Source of the DNA: Candidatus Limnocylindrales bacterium
GTDB taxonomy: Bacteria; Chloroflexota; Limnocylindria; Limnocylindrales; CSP1-4
Length of the DNA: 34,548 nucleotides
Direction of reading: 5' to 3'
Assembly: GCA_040514195.1 (NCBI GenBank)
Contig: JBEVDC010000141.1
Coordinates: 1-34,548 of the forward strand
Shown piece after piece: positions 17,427-25,600 of this stretch. The notes beneath the pieces were generated by a model that saw only the letters and a program-made list of their open reading frames with translations, was not told where the DNA came from and did not search any database. Numbering within the stretch: position 1 is the stretch's first letter; the number at the start of each line of letters is the position of its first letter. The translations under genes and the position numbers were made by a program.

Positions 17427-17645
17427 GGGAAATGCGTTGCGGGGCCTAAATCGCGGTGCTACGCTTCCCGGGCCTCCGCGCCGGGATGCGGGTGGAAGAG
17501 GCCATCGTGACCCCGGCAAGAGCGGGAGGAGCAGCGCGCGACGACCGCCTTGTCGACCGATGTCGACACGGTCTTCCGACGCCGCCCGCATGGGCCCGGA
17601 TTGACCGATCTATCGTCTGAACCCCGAAACAGGGTCGTGCCATCG

Positions 17646-18992
17646 ATGGACGCGAAGCAGGTCTGGCGCGCCGCGCTGGGAGAGCTCCAGGTCTCCCTCT
17701 CACAGGCGAACTTCGAGACATGGTTGAAGGACACCGCGCTCGTCGAAGTCGAGGACAGCACCTTCACCATCGCGGTGCCCAACGGCTTCGCCAAGGATTG
17801 GCTGGAGACCCGCTACCGATCGCTCATCAGTCAGACGCTGGCGCGCGTCGTCGGCTACAGCGTGCAACTCGACTTCGAGGTCCGCGAGGTGGTGCCAGAG
17901 GCCGAGGATGCGACGCCGACCCAGCCGGTCCGACTCGAGCCAAGCCGTGTCGGCGGCGAGGGTCCGTCCGCCAGCCTCAACCCGCGTTACACCTTCTCGA
18001 CCTTCATCGTCGGCTCGGCCAACCGCCTGGCACACGCCGCCAGCCTGTCGGTCGCCGAGCGACCTGGGCATGCCTACAACCCGCTCTTCCTGTACGGCGG
18101 CGTAGGGCTCGGCAAGACCCACCTGATGCATGCCATCGGCAACCAGGTGCTGGCCCGCTTCCCACGCAAGCGCGTCGTCTATGCCACCAGCGAGAAGTTC
18201 ACCAACGAGTTCATCACCAGCATCCAGCAGGGTCGCATCGACGACTTCCGCGCCCGCTACCGCAAGATCGACCTGCTGCTCATCGACGACATCCAGTTCA
18301 TCGCCGACAAGGAGCGGACGCAGGAGGAGTTCTTCCATACCTTCAACGCCATCCACGAGGACGGCAAGCAGATCGTGCTCTCCTCCGATCGGCCGCCCAA
18401 GGCCATCCTGACCCTCGAGGAGCGGCTCCGGAGCCGCTTCGAGTGGGGTCTCATCGCCGACCTCACCGCGCCCGACCTCGAGACGCGCATCGCCATCCTG
18501 CGCGCCAAGGCAGAAGAGAACGGGGTGCCCATCGGCCAGGACGTCCTTGAGTTCATCGCCCGCAAGGTCGTGAGCAACATCCGCGAGCTCGAGGGTGCCC
18601 TGAATCGGATCGTGGCCTACGCCAGCATGGGTGCCATGCCCATCACCATCGACCTCGCCCAGGCCGTGCTGTCGAACGTCCTCTACAACCCGAAGCGCCG
18701 GAGCGTCACGCCCGAGCGGATCGCCCTGGCGGTCTCGGAGTTCTATGGCGTGGACATGGATACCCTGCGCGGCCAGAAGCGCGACAAGGCCATCGTCCTG
18801 CCCCGCCAGGTCGCCATGTACTTGATGCGCGCGGAGACGGACGTCTCCTTGCTCCGCATCGGCGCCGAGCTCGGCGGACGCGACCATTCGACCGTGCTCC
18901 ACGCTTGCGACAAGATCGACCGGGCGAGCCAGGAGAACGAGGAGCTCCGCCGTGACATCGCTGCCGTCCGCGAGCTGATCTACGCTGATTGA
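17646..18992 (+). CDS. dnaA: Chromosomal replication initiator protein DnaA
   Basis: The N-terminus MDAKQVWRAALGELQ is typical. AAA+ Walker A 'GGVGLGKTHL' and Walker B 'LLIDDIQF' are present. Domain IV reads 'VLPRQVAMYLMR...GGRDHSTVLHA'. The ORF-track start at 17550 would add 32 non-conserved residues. Confidence 0.95.
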   Translation: MDAKQVWRAALGELQVSLSQANFETWLKDTALVEVEDSTFTIAVPNGFAKDWLETRYRSLISQTLARVVGYSVQLDFEVREVVPEAEDATPTQPVRLEPSRVGGEGPSASLNPRYTFSTFIVGSANRLAHAASLSVAERPGHAYNPLFLYGGVGLGKTHLMHAIGNQVLARFPRKRVVYATSEKFTNEFITSIQQGRIDDFRARYRKIDLLLIDDIQFIADKERTQEEFFHTFNAIHEDGKQIVLSSDRPPKAILTLEERLRSRFEWGLIADLTAPDLETRIAILRAKAEENGVPIGQDVLEFIARKVVSNIRELEGALNRIVAYASMGAMPITIDLAQAVLSNVLYNPKRRSVTPERIALAVSEFYGVDMDTLRGQKRDKAIVLPRQVAMYLMRAETDVSLLRIGAELGGRDHSTVLHACDKIDRASQENEELRRDIAAVRELIYAD

Positions 18993-19352
18993 AGGCGCCG
19001 GCGGGACCCGCGGCGCCGTGGACATCCGGTCAGGGAAGGTGGACATCCGTGTATTGGCGCGCCATAGGGGGCCCGGTCCGGTGGACGCCGGGCGGTGGTC
19101 GGAGCGTTCGTCCACATATCGTGCCCGCGATGTGCCCGACCTTCCCCATCGCGGCCGCGGTTACGGGCCCGAACAGCAGGTCCGTCCACCCTCGTCTCGT
19201 GCGTGGCCGAGCGTGCGCGTCCCCACCGTCCACAGCATGATGATGATGACGATGGATGAGAAGATAGGAACGAAGGAGCACCACAACCGAGCATCTCGAT
19301 GTGGACGCCCAACTCCGATGTCGCCCAGTCAGCCCGAGGGAGACCGTCGATC
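18993..19352. other. oriC: Predicted oriC (DnaA-box cluster plus AT-rich unwinding candidate) in the dnaA-dnaN spacer
   Basis: Seven GTCCAC-core 9-mers are close to the consensus TTGTCCACA. Their positions are 19017-19025(-), 19038-19046(-), 19080-19088(-), 19108-19116(+, TCGTCCACA, 8/9), 19182-19190(+), 19226-19234(+) and 19300-19308(-). The only AT-rich patch in the window is at 19236-19275 (23 of 40 A/T by my count). Confidence 0.7.
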
Positions 19353-20471
19353 GTGAAGCTATCCGTGATGCAGGAGAACCTGGCTCGCGGCCTCCAGGTC
19401 GTCAGCCGAGCCGTCAGCTCGCGCAGCACGCTGCCCGTGCTGGCCAACGTCCTGCTGCGGACCGAGGACGCAGGGCTCAAACTGACCGCCACCAACCTGG
19501 AGATCGGCATCACGTACTGGGTGCCAGGCAAGATCGAGACCGACGGCAGCATGACGGTGCCGGCGAGGCTCATCACCGACGTCGTCAACTCGCTGCCGCC
19601 CGGTGAGCGGGTCGACCTCGAGTCGGACGGGGCGGCAACGCTCGACCTGCGCTGCGGGCGTCAACGGGCTCACCTGCGCGGCATCGATGCGGACGAATTC
19701 CCTGTCATCCCATCGGCCGGCGAGCGGCCGACGACGCGGATCAGTCAGCGGGTCCTCAAGCAGGCCCTCTCGGAGGTCGTATTCGCGGCCGCCACGGACG
19801 AGGCGCGACCGATCCTGACGGGTGTTCTGACCCGCTTCGAGGGCGACCGGGTGACGCTCGCCGCCGCCGATAACTACCGCATCGCGGTCAAGACGCTGAC
19901 CACGCTGGCGCCGGTCGAAGAGACCTCCATCGTGGTCCCGGCACGCTCATACCACGAGCTGGAGCGCGTGCTGGCCGACAGCGACGATCCCGTCGACGTC
20001 GTGCTGGCTCCGTCGAAGAACCAGATCGTCTTCCACCTCGAGGGCATCGACCTGGTGAGCCGGCTCATCGACGGCCAGTTCCCGAACTATCAGCAGGTCC
20101 TGCCGACGTCGCACACGACCCGGGCCGTGGCGGACCGCGAAGAGCTCCTCAAGGCGGTCCGGTTGTCGGCGCTCATCGCCAGTTCGTCAGCCAATGTCGT
20201 GCGCCTGCGCGTGGACGCGGATGGCGAGCCAGGCATCACCGTGGCAGCAGCCGCCGACGTCGGGGACACCGAGGGGCACGTCGATGCGACGGCTGACGGT
20301 GAGGGCCTGACGGTGGCCTTCAACGCACGCTACCTGCAGGAAGCGCTGACCAACCTGGCGGCGGAGCAGCTGGCGCTCGAATTCCAGGGTCCGCTCTCTC
20401 CCGGCGTGCTCAAGCCGATCGGCGACGACGGCTACGTGCACGTCATCATGCCGGTCCGAACGCCGTCCTGA
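19353..20471 (+). CDS. dnaN: DNA polymerase III beta sliding clamp
   Basis: GTG 19353 gives the canonical N-terminus MKLSVMQENLARGLQVVSRAV, with GAGGGAG ~10 nt upstream. Three-domain length (372 aa) and the typical C-terminus 'YVHVIMPVR'. The ATG at 19299 in the track lies inside a DnaA box. Confidence 0.95.
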   Translation: MKLSVMQENLARGLQVVSRAVSSRSTLPVLANVLLRTEDAGLKLTATNLEIGITYWVPGKIETDGSMTVPARLITDVVNSLPPGERVDLESDGAATLDLRCGRQRAHLRGIDADEFPVIPSAGERPTTRISQRVLKQALSEVVFAAATDEARPILTGVLTRFEGDRVTLAAADNYRIAVKTLTTLAPVEETSIVVPARSYHELERVLADSDDPVDVVLAPSKNQIVFHLEGIDLVSRLIDGQFPNYQQVLPTSHTTRAVADREELLKAVRLSALIASSSANVVRLRVDADGEPGITVAAAADVGDTEGHVDATADGEGLTVAFNARYLQEALTNLAAEQLALEFQGPLSPGVLKPIGDDGYVHVIMPVRTPS

Positions 20472-20493
20472 GCGGCCGAGTCGGTCGACCACG

Positions 20494-21636
20494 ATGCGCG
20501 TCGACCGACTCTCGCTGACCGGATTCAGGTCATACGCTGTCCTCGACCTGCGACTGGGCCACGGACCGCAAGTCGTCGTAGGCGACAACGCCGCCGGGAA
20601 GACGAACCTCATCGAAGCCATCGTCCTGCTTGCGCGGGGGGCCTCCCATCGATCGACCAACGACACGGAGCTCGTCGGCTGGGGCCAACCCTTCGCCCGG
20701 CTCGAGGCCGTCGTGGAACATGGCGCCGGTCGGAGCTCTGACCGCGTCGAGATCACCCTCGAGCGGACGGTGTCCGGCGGCGCACGCAAGCGACTCAGGG
20801 TCGATGGCGTGCCGCGTCGGGCGGTCGCGCTCGCGGAAGCCCTCAGCGTGGTCCTCTTCGCCCCGGAGGAGATGCTCCTCGTGGCCGGCCCGCCTTCGCT
20901 CCGCCGAGCCGCCGTCGATGCCCTGGCCGGCTCCCGGTCGCCCGCCTACGGCCGGGCCATGGCCACGTACGGCAGGGCGCTCCAACAGCGCAACGGGCTG
21001 CTGCGACGGATCCGTGAGGGCGAGGCTGGACCTGACGAGCTGCCGTACTGGGACGCGATCGTGGTCGAGGCGGGTGGTGTCATCGTGGCTGAGCGGCTGA
21101 CGCTCCTGGCCGACCTGGCACCGGTCCTGGCGGCGTCGCATGCTGAGATCGCCCCTGCCGAGCCGACGCTCGAGCTTCGCTACGTGACGAACGCCCCGGC
21201 CCATCCGGATGAGAGTCCCCCGGAGGCCCTTCGCCGCCGCCTCGCAGAGACCGCTGAAAAGGAGCTCTGGAACGGGGCCACCCTGGTCGGGCCACACCGC
21301 GACGACGTGGCCTTCGACCTCGGTGGCCGCGACATGACGACGTTCGCGTCCCGCGGCCAGCAGCGTACGGCCATCCTCTCCCTGAAGCTCGCCGAGCTCG
21401 AGCTCCTGACGGATCCCGTCACCGGGGAGGCGCCGCTCCTCCTGCTCGACGATGTCTTCAGCGAACTCGACCCGGATCGGCGCGCGCAACTGGTTCGCCG
21501 GATCCGTCTGCTGCCGCAGGCCATCGTGACGACGACGACGCTCGACGACCTCGACCCCGCGCTCGTTTCGGCATCCACGACCTGGCACGTCCGGGATGGC
21601 GCTGTCGTCGCCGGTCTCGCTGCCGCCGCGCGCTGA
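20494..21636 (+). CDS. recF: DNA replication and repair protein RecF
   Basis: Walker A 'GDNAAGKTNLIEA', signature 'SRGQQRT' and Walker B 'LLLLDDVFSELD' are present. It occupies the canonical position after dnaN. Confidence 0.9.
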   Translation: MRVDRLSLTGFRSYAVLDLRLGHGPQVVVGDNAAGKTNLIEAIVLLARGASHRSTNDTELVGWGQPFARLEAVVEHGAGRSSDRVEITLERTVSGGARKRLRVDGVPRRAVALAEALSVVLFAPEEMLLVAGPPSLRRAAVDALAGSRSPAYGRAMATYGRALQQRNGLLRRIREGEAGPDELPYWDAIVVEAGGVIVAERLTLLADLAPVLAASHAEIAPAEPTLELRYVTNAPAHPDESPPEALRRRLAETAEKELWNGATLVGPHRDDVAFDLGGRDMTTFASRGQQRTAILSLKLAELELLTDPVTGEAPLLLLDDVFSELDPDRRAQLVRRIRLLPQAIVTTTTLDDLDPALVSASTTWHVRDGAVVAGLAAAAR

Positions 21637-21644
21637 GCTGGCCG

Positions 21645-21977
21645 ATGGATCGCCGACGCCCGATGCAACGACTGAGCGACCTGCTGCCCGAGGCCGCTGC
21701 CGCGTTGGGCATCGAGGACGACCTCCACCGTGCCAGGGTCGCAGCCGCCTGGGAGCGGACGATCGCAGAGCATGTGCCCGCCGCGGCCGGGGCGTGCTGG
21801 GTCGTCGGGCTGGAAGACGGCGGGCTGGTCGTGGCTGCCGACGAGCCGGCGGTCGCCCAGGAGCTCCGTCTTCGGGCGACCGAGCTGCTGGCTTCGCTTA
21901 GCCGGGCGCCGGCAGTCGGGAACCTGCGCGGCATCCGGATCGTCGTGCGTCGAGACCGCCCGCCGACGGTCGCCTGA
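21645..21977 (+). CDS. DUF721 (DciA-like) protein
   Basis: 110-aa protein directly after recF, as with the DUF721 gene of actinobacteria. The pattern 'RARVAAAWERTIAEHV...DGGLVVAADEPAVAQELRLRATELL' fits DUF721. Confidence 0.75.
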   Translation: MDRRRPMQRLSDLLPEAAAALGIEDDLHRARVAAAWERTIAEHVPAAAGACWVVGLEDGGLVVAADEPAVAQELRLRATELLASLSRAPAVGNLRGIRIVVRRDRPPTVA

Positions 21978-22005
21978 CCACGCCCGACGTTAGACTAGGC
22001 GCCCC

Positions 22006-24255
22006 ATGGCCGTCCGACTGCACCTGAAGATCGGCCTCGTCCCCGGCGCCGACCGCCTGTCCACATCCCCGGATGTGATCATCCACCACGAGCCGTCGAT
22101 CGGGTCGATCAGCCGGTCGAAGGGCAACCTGTATGGCGTCGTGACCGTGGCTCCCAAGAGCGGCGGGAAGCCTGGCGAAGCGGCCGCGCTCGTCGCCGAC
22201 GCCATCCGCGACCGCTACTACTACGACGAGTCTGCTGGCATCCCGATCTGCCTCGAGAAGTCGGTCCGGACGGCCAACCAGACGCTTCGCCAGGCCCGGG
22301 AGAGCCACGGGCTGGCCCCGGGCGCCATCGGCGCCTGCGTGGCGGTCGTGCGCGGCCATGAGCTGTACGTGGCGACGATCGGCGACGCCGACGCCTACCT
22401 CGTGCGCCAGGCGCGGCTGCTGACGCTGCCCGAGGACGAGCGCGGCGAGGGCTTGCCGGCGAGCGGCGACGTTCACGTCGACGTCTGGCGCGGCGAGATC
22501 GCCGTCGGCGACTCGCTGCTCCTCGTCTCCGGCAATGTCACCCGGACGGTGGGCACGGAGGAGTTCAAGGACGCTCTCGTGACCCTCCACCCACAGTCGG
22601 CCGCGGAGCACCTCCATCACCTCTTCGTGGCGGCCAAGGGCAGCGGATCGGATGCCATCCTCGCGCTCGAAGCGTCCGAGGTGCCGGCCACGCGCGTCGA
22701 GCACAAGCTCGTGCCCGTACGTCCGGCCGAGCCGCTGGCCGGGGCGCGCGACCGATCGCCCATCCCCCTGGCGGACCCCATCGCAGGAGCCGCTGGCGCC
22801 GTCGGCCAGCGGGCCAGCGACCTGAAGACCGGCATCGGCCTGGCCGGTGCCACGATCGTCGACCGGCTCTTCGGCCTGATGCCTCGCCGCCGGCCTCGCT
22901 ACCGGAGGGTCACGCCGCTCGCCTCCAAGCGCGAGTCCCAGCGCCGGGCCGGGTTCGCCGCCCTCGCCTTCCTGGGTATCGTCGTGGCGCTCGGCGTCGG
23001 CCTCTGGCTCGTGGGCGGCGCCCTGCCCGGTCGCGACGACCAGATCACCGACGTCAACGCCGGGGACAATGCCCTGGTCGAGGCCCAGGAGCGGGTCGAC
23101 CAGGTCTTCGGCGAGGGCGACCTCATCGCGGGCGACGCGGTCAAGGCGCAGCGATTGCTGCGTGAGGCCTGGGCCGAGCTCGAGACCGCGGAACGCCTCG
23201 GCGTTGCCGCCGCAGCCCTCCGCCCACTACGGACCGAAGTCGCCAACGGGCTCGATCGCATCTACGGCGTGACACGGGTCACCAGTGAGGTGGTCGTCGA
23301 CCTGACCGCCGAACTCTCTCCGGAGGCCGACATCGTGGACGTCGATCGCGGGCCGGACGGCGCTGCGTATCTCATCGACAAGGCCACCAAGTCCATCATC
23401 CGCGTCGACCTCGCATCGCGCACGGCCAAGGTGGTGGTCAAGGCGGGCGATGGCGCCGGGAAGGGCATCGGCGAGCCGTGGCAGATGACGCTTGGCGGTC
23501 CTGACCTCCTGATCCTCGACCGCGCCGGCGTCCTCTGGCGCTGGCGCCCGTCCGACGCCAAGGGTCGAGGCACGCTGGCCAAGCTGCGGTTGGGCGGCGA
23601 CTCGGCGCTGGGCGACGACATCCGCGACACATCGACCTTCGCGCGTGATGCCGACTCCGGACTCTATTTCTATTACGTCATCGACCCCAGCTCGAAACAG
23701 ATCCTGCGATTTCGGCCGGCCGGCGACGGCAGCGGCTACCCGTCGGCGCCGAACGACTACCTGGCCACGGCGACCGATGTCGCGGGCTATCGCGCCCTGC
23801 GCATCGACGGCGACGCGTATGTCCTCACGCGTGACGGCGTCATCCGCTATCAGAGTGGGCGCGCGGACGACTACGAGCTGGAGCAGCCGCCCGACGACGG
23901 CGACCTTCGGCCGGGTCATGATTACGGCCACTTCGCCATCGATCCCCTCCGACGCGAAGGCGGCATCTGGCTCTGGGACCGCGAGCACGCGCGAGTCGTG
24001 TCGATGGAGAAAGCGAGCGGGGATTACAACGAGCAGTTCCTGGCGGCACTGGGTGCAGAGGCCTTCGATGACGTTCGCGGGATGTTCGTCATCGACCCGA
24101 CCGAGCCGAGCCAATCGAACATCCTGATCTGGGCCGATGGCGGCCGCCTGCTGGCAGCGCCGCTCGTCGACCCGACCGCGCTGCCTTCTCCTTCCCCCTC
24201 GGCCGAGACGTCGCCGGAGCCGACGAAGACGCCCAAGCCGACCAAGAAACCCTGA
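22006..24255 (+). CDS. Membrane protein: N-terminal degenerate PP2C-like domain, one TM helix, large extracytoplasmic repeat domain, Pro/Thr/Ser/Lys tail
   Basis: PP2C-fold blocks are present: 'LYGVVTVAPKSGGKPGEAAALVADAI', 'GACVAVVRGHELYVATIGDADAYLVR', 'GDSLLLVSGNV' and 'GSGSDAILALEA'. The TM helix is 'FAALAFLGIVVALGVGLWLVGG'. The C-terminal ~400 aa has strand-like repeats. The tail reads 'ALPSPSPSAETSPEPTKTPKPTKKP'. Confidence 0.6.
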   Translation: MAVRLHLKIGLVPGADRLSTSPDVIIHHEPSIGSISRSKGNLYGVVTVAPKSGGKPGEAAALVADAIRDRYYYDESAGIPICLEKSVRTANQTLRQARESHGLAPGAIGACVAVVRGHELYVATIGDADAYLVRQARLLTLPEDERGEGLPASGDVHVDVWRGEIAVGDSLLLVSGNVTRTVGTEEFKDALVTLHPQSAAEHLHHLFVAAKGSGSDAILALEASEVPATRVEHKLVPVRPAEPLAGARDRSPIPLADPIAGAAGAVGQRASDLKTGIGLAGATIVDRLFGLMPRRRPRYRRVTPLASKRESQRRAGFAALAFLGIVVALGVGLWLVGGALPGRDDQITDVNAGDNALVEAQERVDQVFGEGDLIAGDAVKAQRLLREAWAELETAERLGVAAAALRPLRTEVANGLDRIYGVTRVTSEVVVDLTAELSPEADIVDVDRGPDGAAYLIDKATKSIIRVDLASRTAKVVVKAGDGAGKGIGEPWQMTLGGPDLLILDRAGVLWRWRPSDAKGRGTLAKLRLGGDSALGDDIRDTSTFARDADSGLYFYYVIDPSSKQILRFRPAGDGSGYPSAPNDYLATATDVAGYRALRIDGDAYVLTRDGVIRYQSGRADDYELEQPPDDGDLRPGHDYGHFAIDPLRREGGIWLWDREHARVVSMEKASGDYNEQFLAALGAEAFDDVRGMFVIDPTEPSQSNILIWADGGRLLAAPLVDPTALPSPSPSAETSPEPTKTPKPTKKP

Positions 24256-24293
24256 CGGCCGCGGGCCCGGGATCGCGTGGGATAATCCGAACC

Positions 24294-24785
24294 ATGGCAC
24301 ACGGGCTCAAGGAGATGGTCGTCGAGAGCGTACGCGTCCACATGCACTCCTCGCAGCACGTCGTCATCCTCAAGGACGTCGATCGGGACCTCTACCTGCC
24401 GATCTGGATCGGCGTCAATGAGGCCGACGCCATCGCCCGTCGACTGCAGGGCATCACGCCCGAACGACCGCTCACCCACGACCTCTTCGCGAGCACCCTC
24501 GAAGAGCTCGGCGTGGCCATCAAGCAGGTCGTCGTCTCGGACCTCTCGGACGAGACCTACCGTGCCCGACTCGTCCTCGAGCTCGGCGACAGGACGGTCG
24601 ACATCGACGCCCGGCCGTCCGATGCCATCGCGCTCGCCATCCGAGTCGGCGTTCCGATCTTCGCCACGGATACCGTCCTCGACCGCGCCGGCGTGACGCC
24701 GGAGCCGGATGAGGACGAACGCCTGTCGGTCTTTCGCGAGTTCGTCAACTCGCTCGAAGACGAGTCCGGACGGCGACCCGACTAG
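24294..24785 (+). CDS. Bifunctional nuclease family protein (DUF151/BFN domain)
   Basis: 'VVILKDVDRDLYLPIWIGVNEADAI', 'RPLTHDL' and 'DARPSDAIALAIRVGVPIF' are the conserved DUF151 blocks. Confidence 0.8.
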   Translation: MAHGLKEMVVESVRVHMHSSQHVVILKDVDRDLYLPIWIGVNEADAIARRLQGITPERPLTHDLFASTLEELGVAIKQVVVSDLSDETYRARLVLELGDRTVDIDARPSDAIALAIRVGVPIFATDTVLDRAGVTPEPDEDERLSVFREFVNSLEDESGRRPD

Positions 24786-25594
24786 CTGCCGAGGACGGGC
24801 TCGCCGCGCTCCAGGGCAGCCGACCGCCGGAACCAGAGCCGGATGCGCAGGCGCCAGAAGTCCCGAACGGCGCGAAGCACGACACGCGGGTTGGCGCCTG
24901 ATGCCTGGCCGGCGATCCGTGGATGATGCGGGACGCCGACCTCGGCCAGACTCCGGCCGCGAGCTCGGACCTTGATGAGCAGTTCCGCGGAGAGGAACGC
25001 GCCCCCCGACTCGAGCCGGACGCCCTCCAACGCCTGGCGTCGGAAGAGCTTGCAGGCACAGTCCACGTCGCGCACCGGCAGGCCGTAGAAGAGGCGCAGG
25101 CAGAAGCGGTACGCCCGCGCGTAGGCGAGCCGGATGGTCGGGTCGGCTCGCCGGATGCGGTAGCCGACGACGACCTCAGGCTGGTCGGTCGCCTCCGCCC
25201 GCGCCAGGAGGCGAGACAGGTCGGCGACCCTGAACTGGCGGTCGCCATCGGTGAAGGCGATAAGCGGATGTGAGGCAGTCGCGAAGCCAGTCCGCAGCGC
25301 CGCACCGTAACCGCGGTTGACCGGATGGTGGACGACACGCACGACGCCTGGGTGCTCGGCGGCCAGGCGGTCGGCGATATCTGCGGTGCCGTCGGTGCTG
25401 CCGTCGTCGACCGCGATGATCTCGAATGTGTCAGCCAGGGCCGGCAGCGCCAGGAGGGCCTCGTCGACCAGCGCCTCGATGTTCTGCGCTTCATCGTGCG
25501 CCGGAAAGAAGTACGAGAGCGCCGATACGCGAGGGACGACCAGCGACGGGGCAGCCGCGGGCAAGGCGGCCGACGATGCGGCGGGAGGGGGCAC
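24782..25594 (-). CDS. GT2 glycosyltransferase, polyprenyl-phosphate sugar synthase-like (DPM1/GtrB/Ppm1 type)
   Basis: 'SYFFPAHDEAQNIEALV', 'IIAVDDGSTDGT', 'NRGYGAALRTG', 'FTDGDRQF' and 'DCACKLFRR' match the GT2 family. The start is set at GTG 25592-25594, the first start codon before the conserved core. TTG 25562-25564 is an alternative. The 351-aa track version overlaps the divergent gene. Confidence 0.8.
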   Translation of the reverse strand: MPPPAASSAALPAAAPSLVVPRVSALSYFFPAHDEAQNIEALVDEALLALPALADTFEIIAVDDGSTDGTADIADRLAAEHPGVVRVVHHPVNRGYGAALRTGFATASHPLIAFTDGDRQFRVADLSRLLARAEATDQPEVVVGYRIRRADPTIRLAYARAYRFCLRLFYGLPVRDVDCACKLFRRQALEGVRLESGGAFLSAELLIKVRARGRSLAEVGVPHHPRIAGQASGANPRVVLRAVRDFWRLRIRLWFRRSAALERGEPVLGS

Positions 25595-25600
25595 CGCGGC

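Noticed and set aside
17550-17645. Longer N-terminal versions of dnaA (17550), dnaN (19299), the kinase (to 2613), the sigma factor (7973) and the giant gene (28158) as given in the ORF track
   Set aside because: In each case the extension precedes the conserved N-terminus of the family. Each overlaps a neighbouring gene or regulatory DNA and is Arg/Pro-rich. Internal starts give canonical N-termini, several of them with SD sequences.
16972-17645. A known structured RNA (RNase P RNA, 6S, SRP RNA or a riboswitch) hidden in the rpmH-dnaA spacer
   Set aside because: I could not find any of the signature sequences I know, for example the GAGGAAAGTCC box of RNase P RNA. This is left open as a covariance-model check rather than claimed.
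17700-19115. 471-aa minus-strand ORF opposite dnaA
   Set aside because: It is antisense to a canonical DnaA and extends into the DnaA-box region. The product is low-complexity (Asp/Gly/Leu/Val/Arg) and lacks motifs.
19236-19262. The gatgatgatgatgacgatggatga stretch as DnaA-trios
   Set aside because: The published DnaA-trio motif is written 3'-GAT-5'. As I read it, this repeat is 5'-GAT-3' on the top strand and no re-phasing on either strand gives the published polarity. I keep it only as an AT-rich unwinding candidate.
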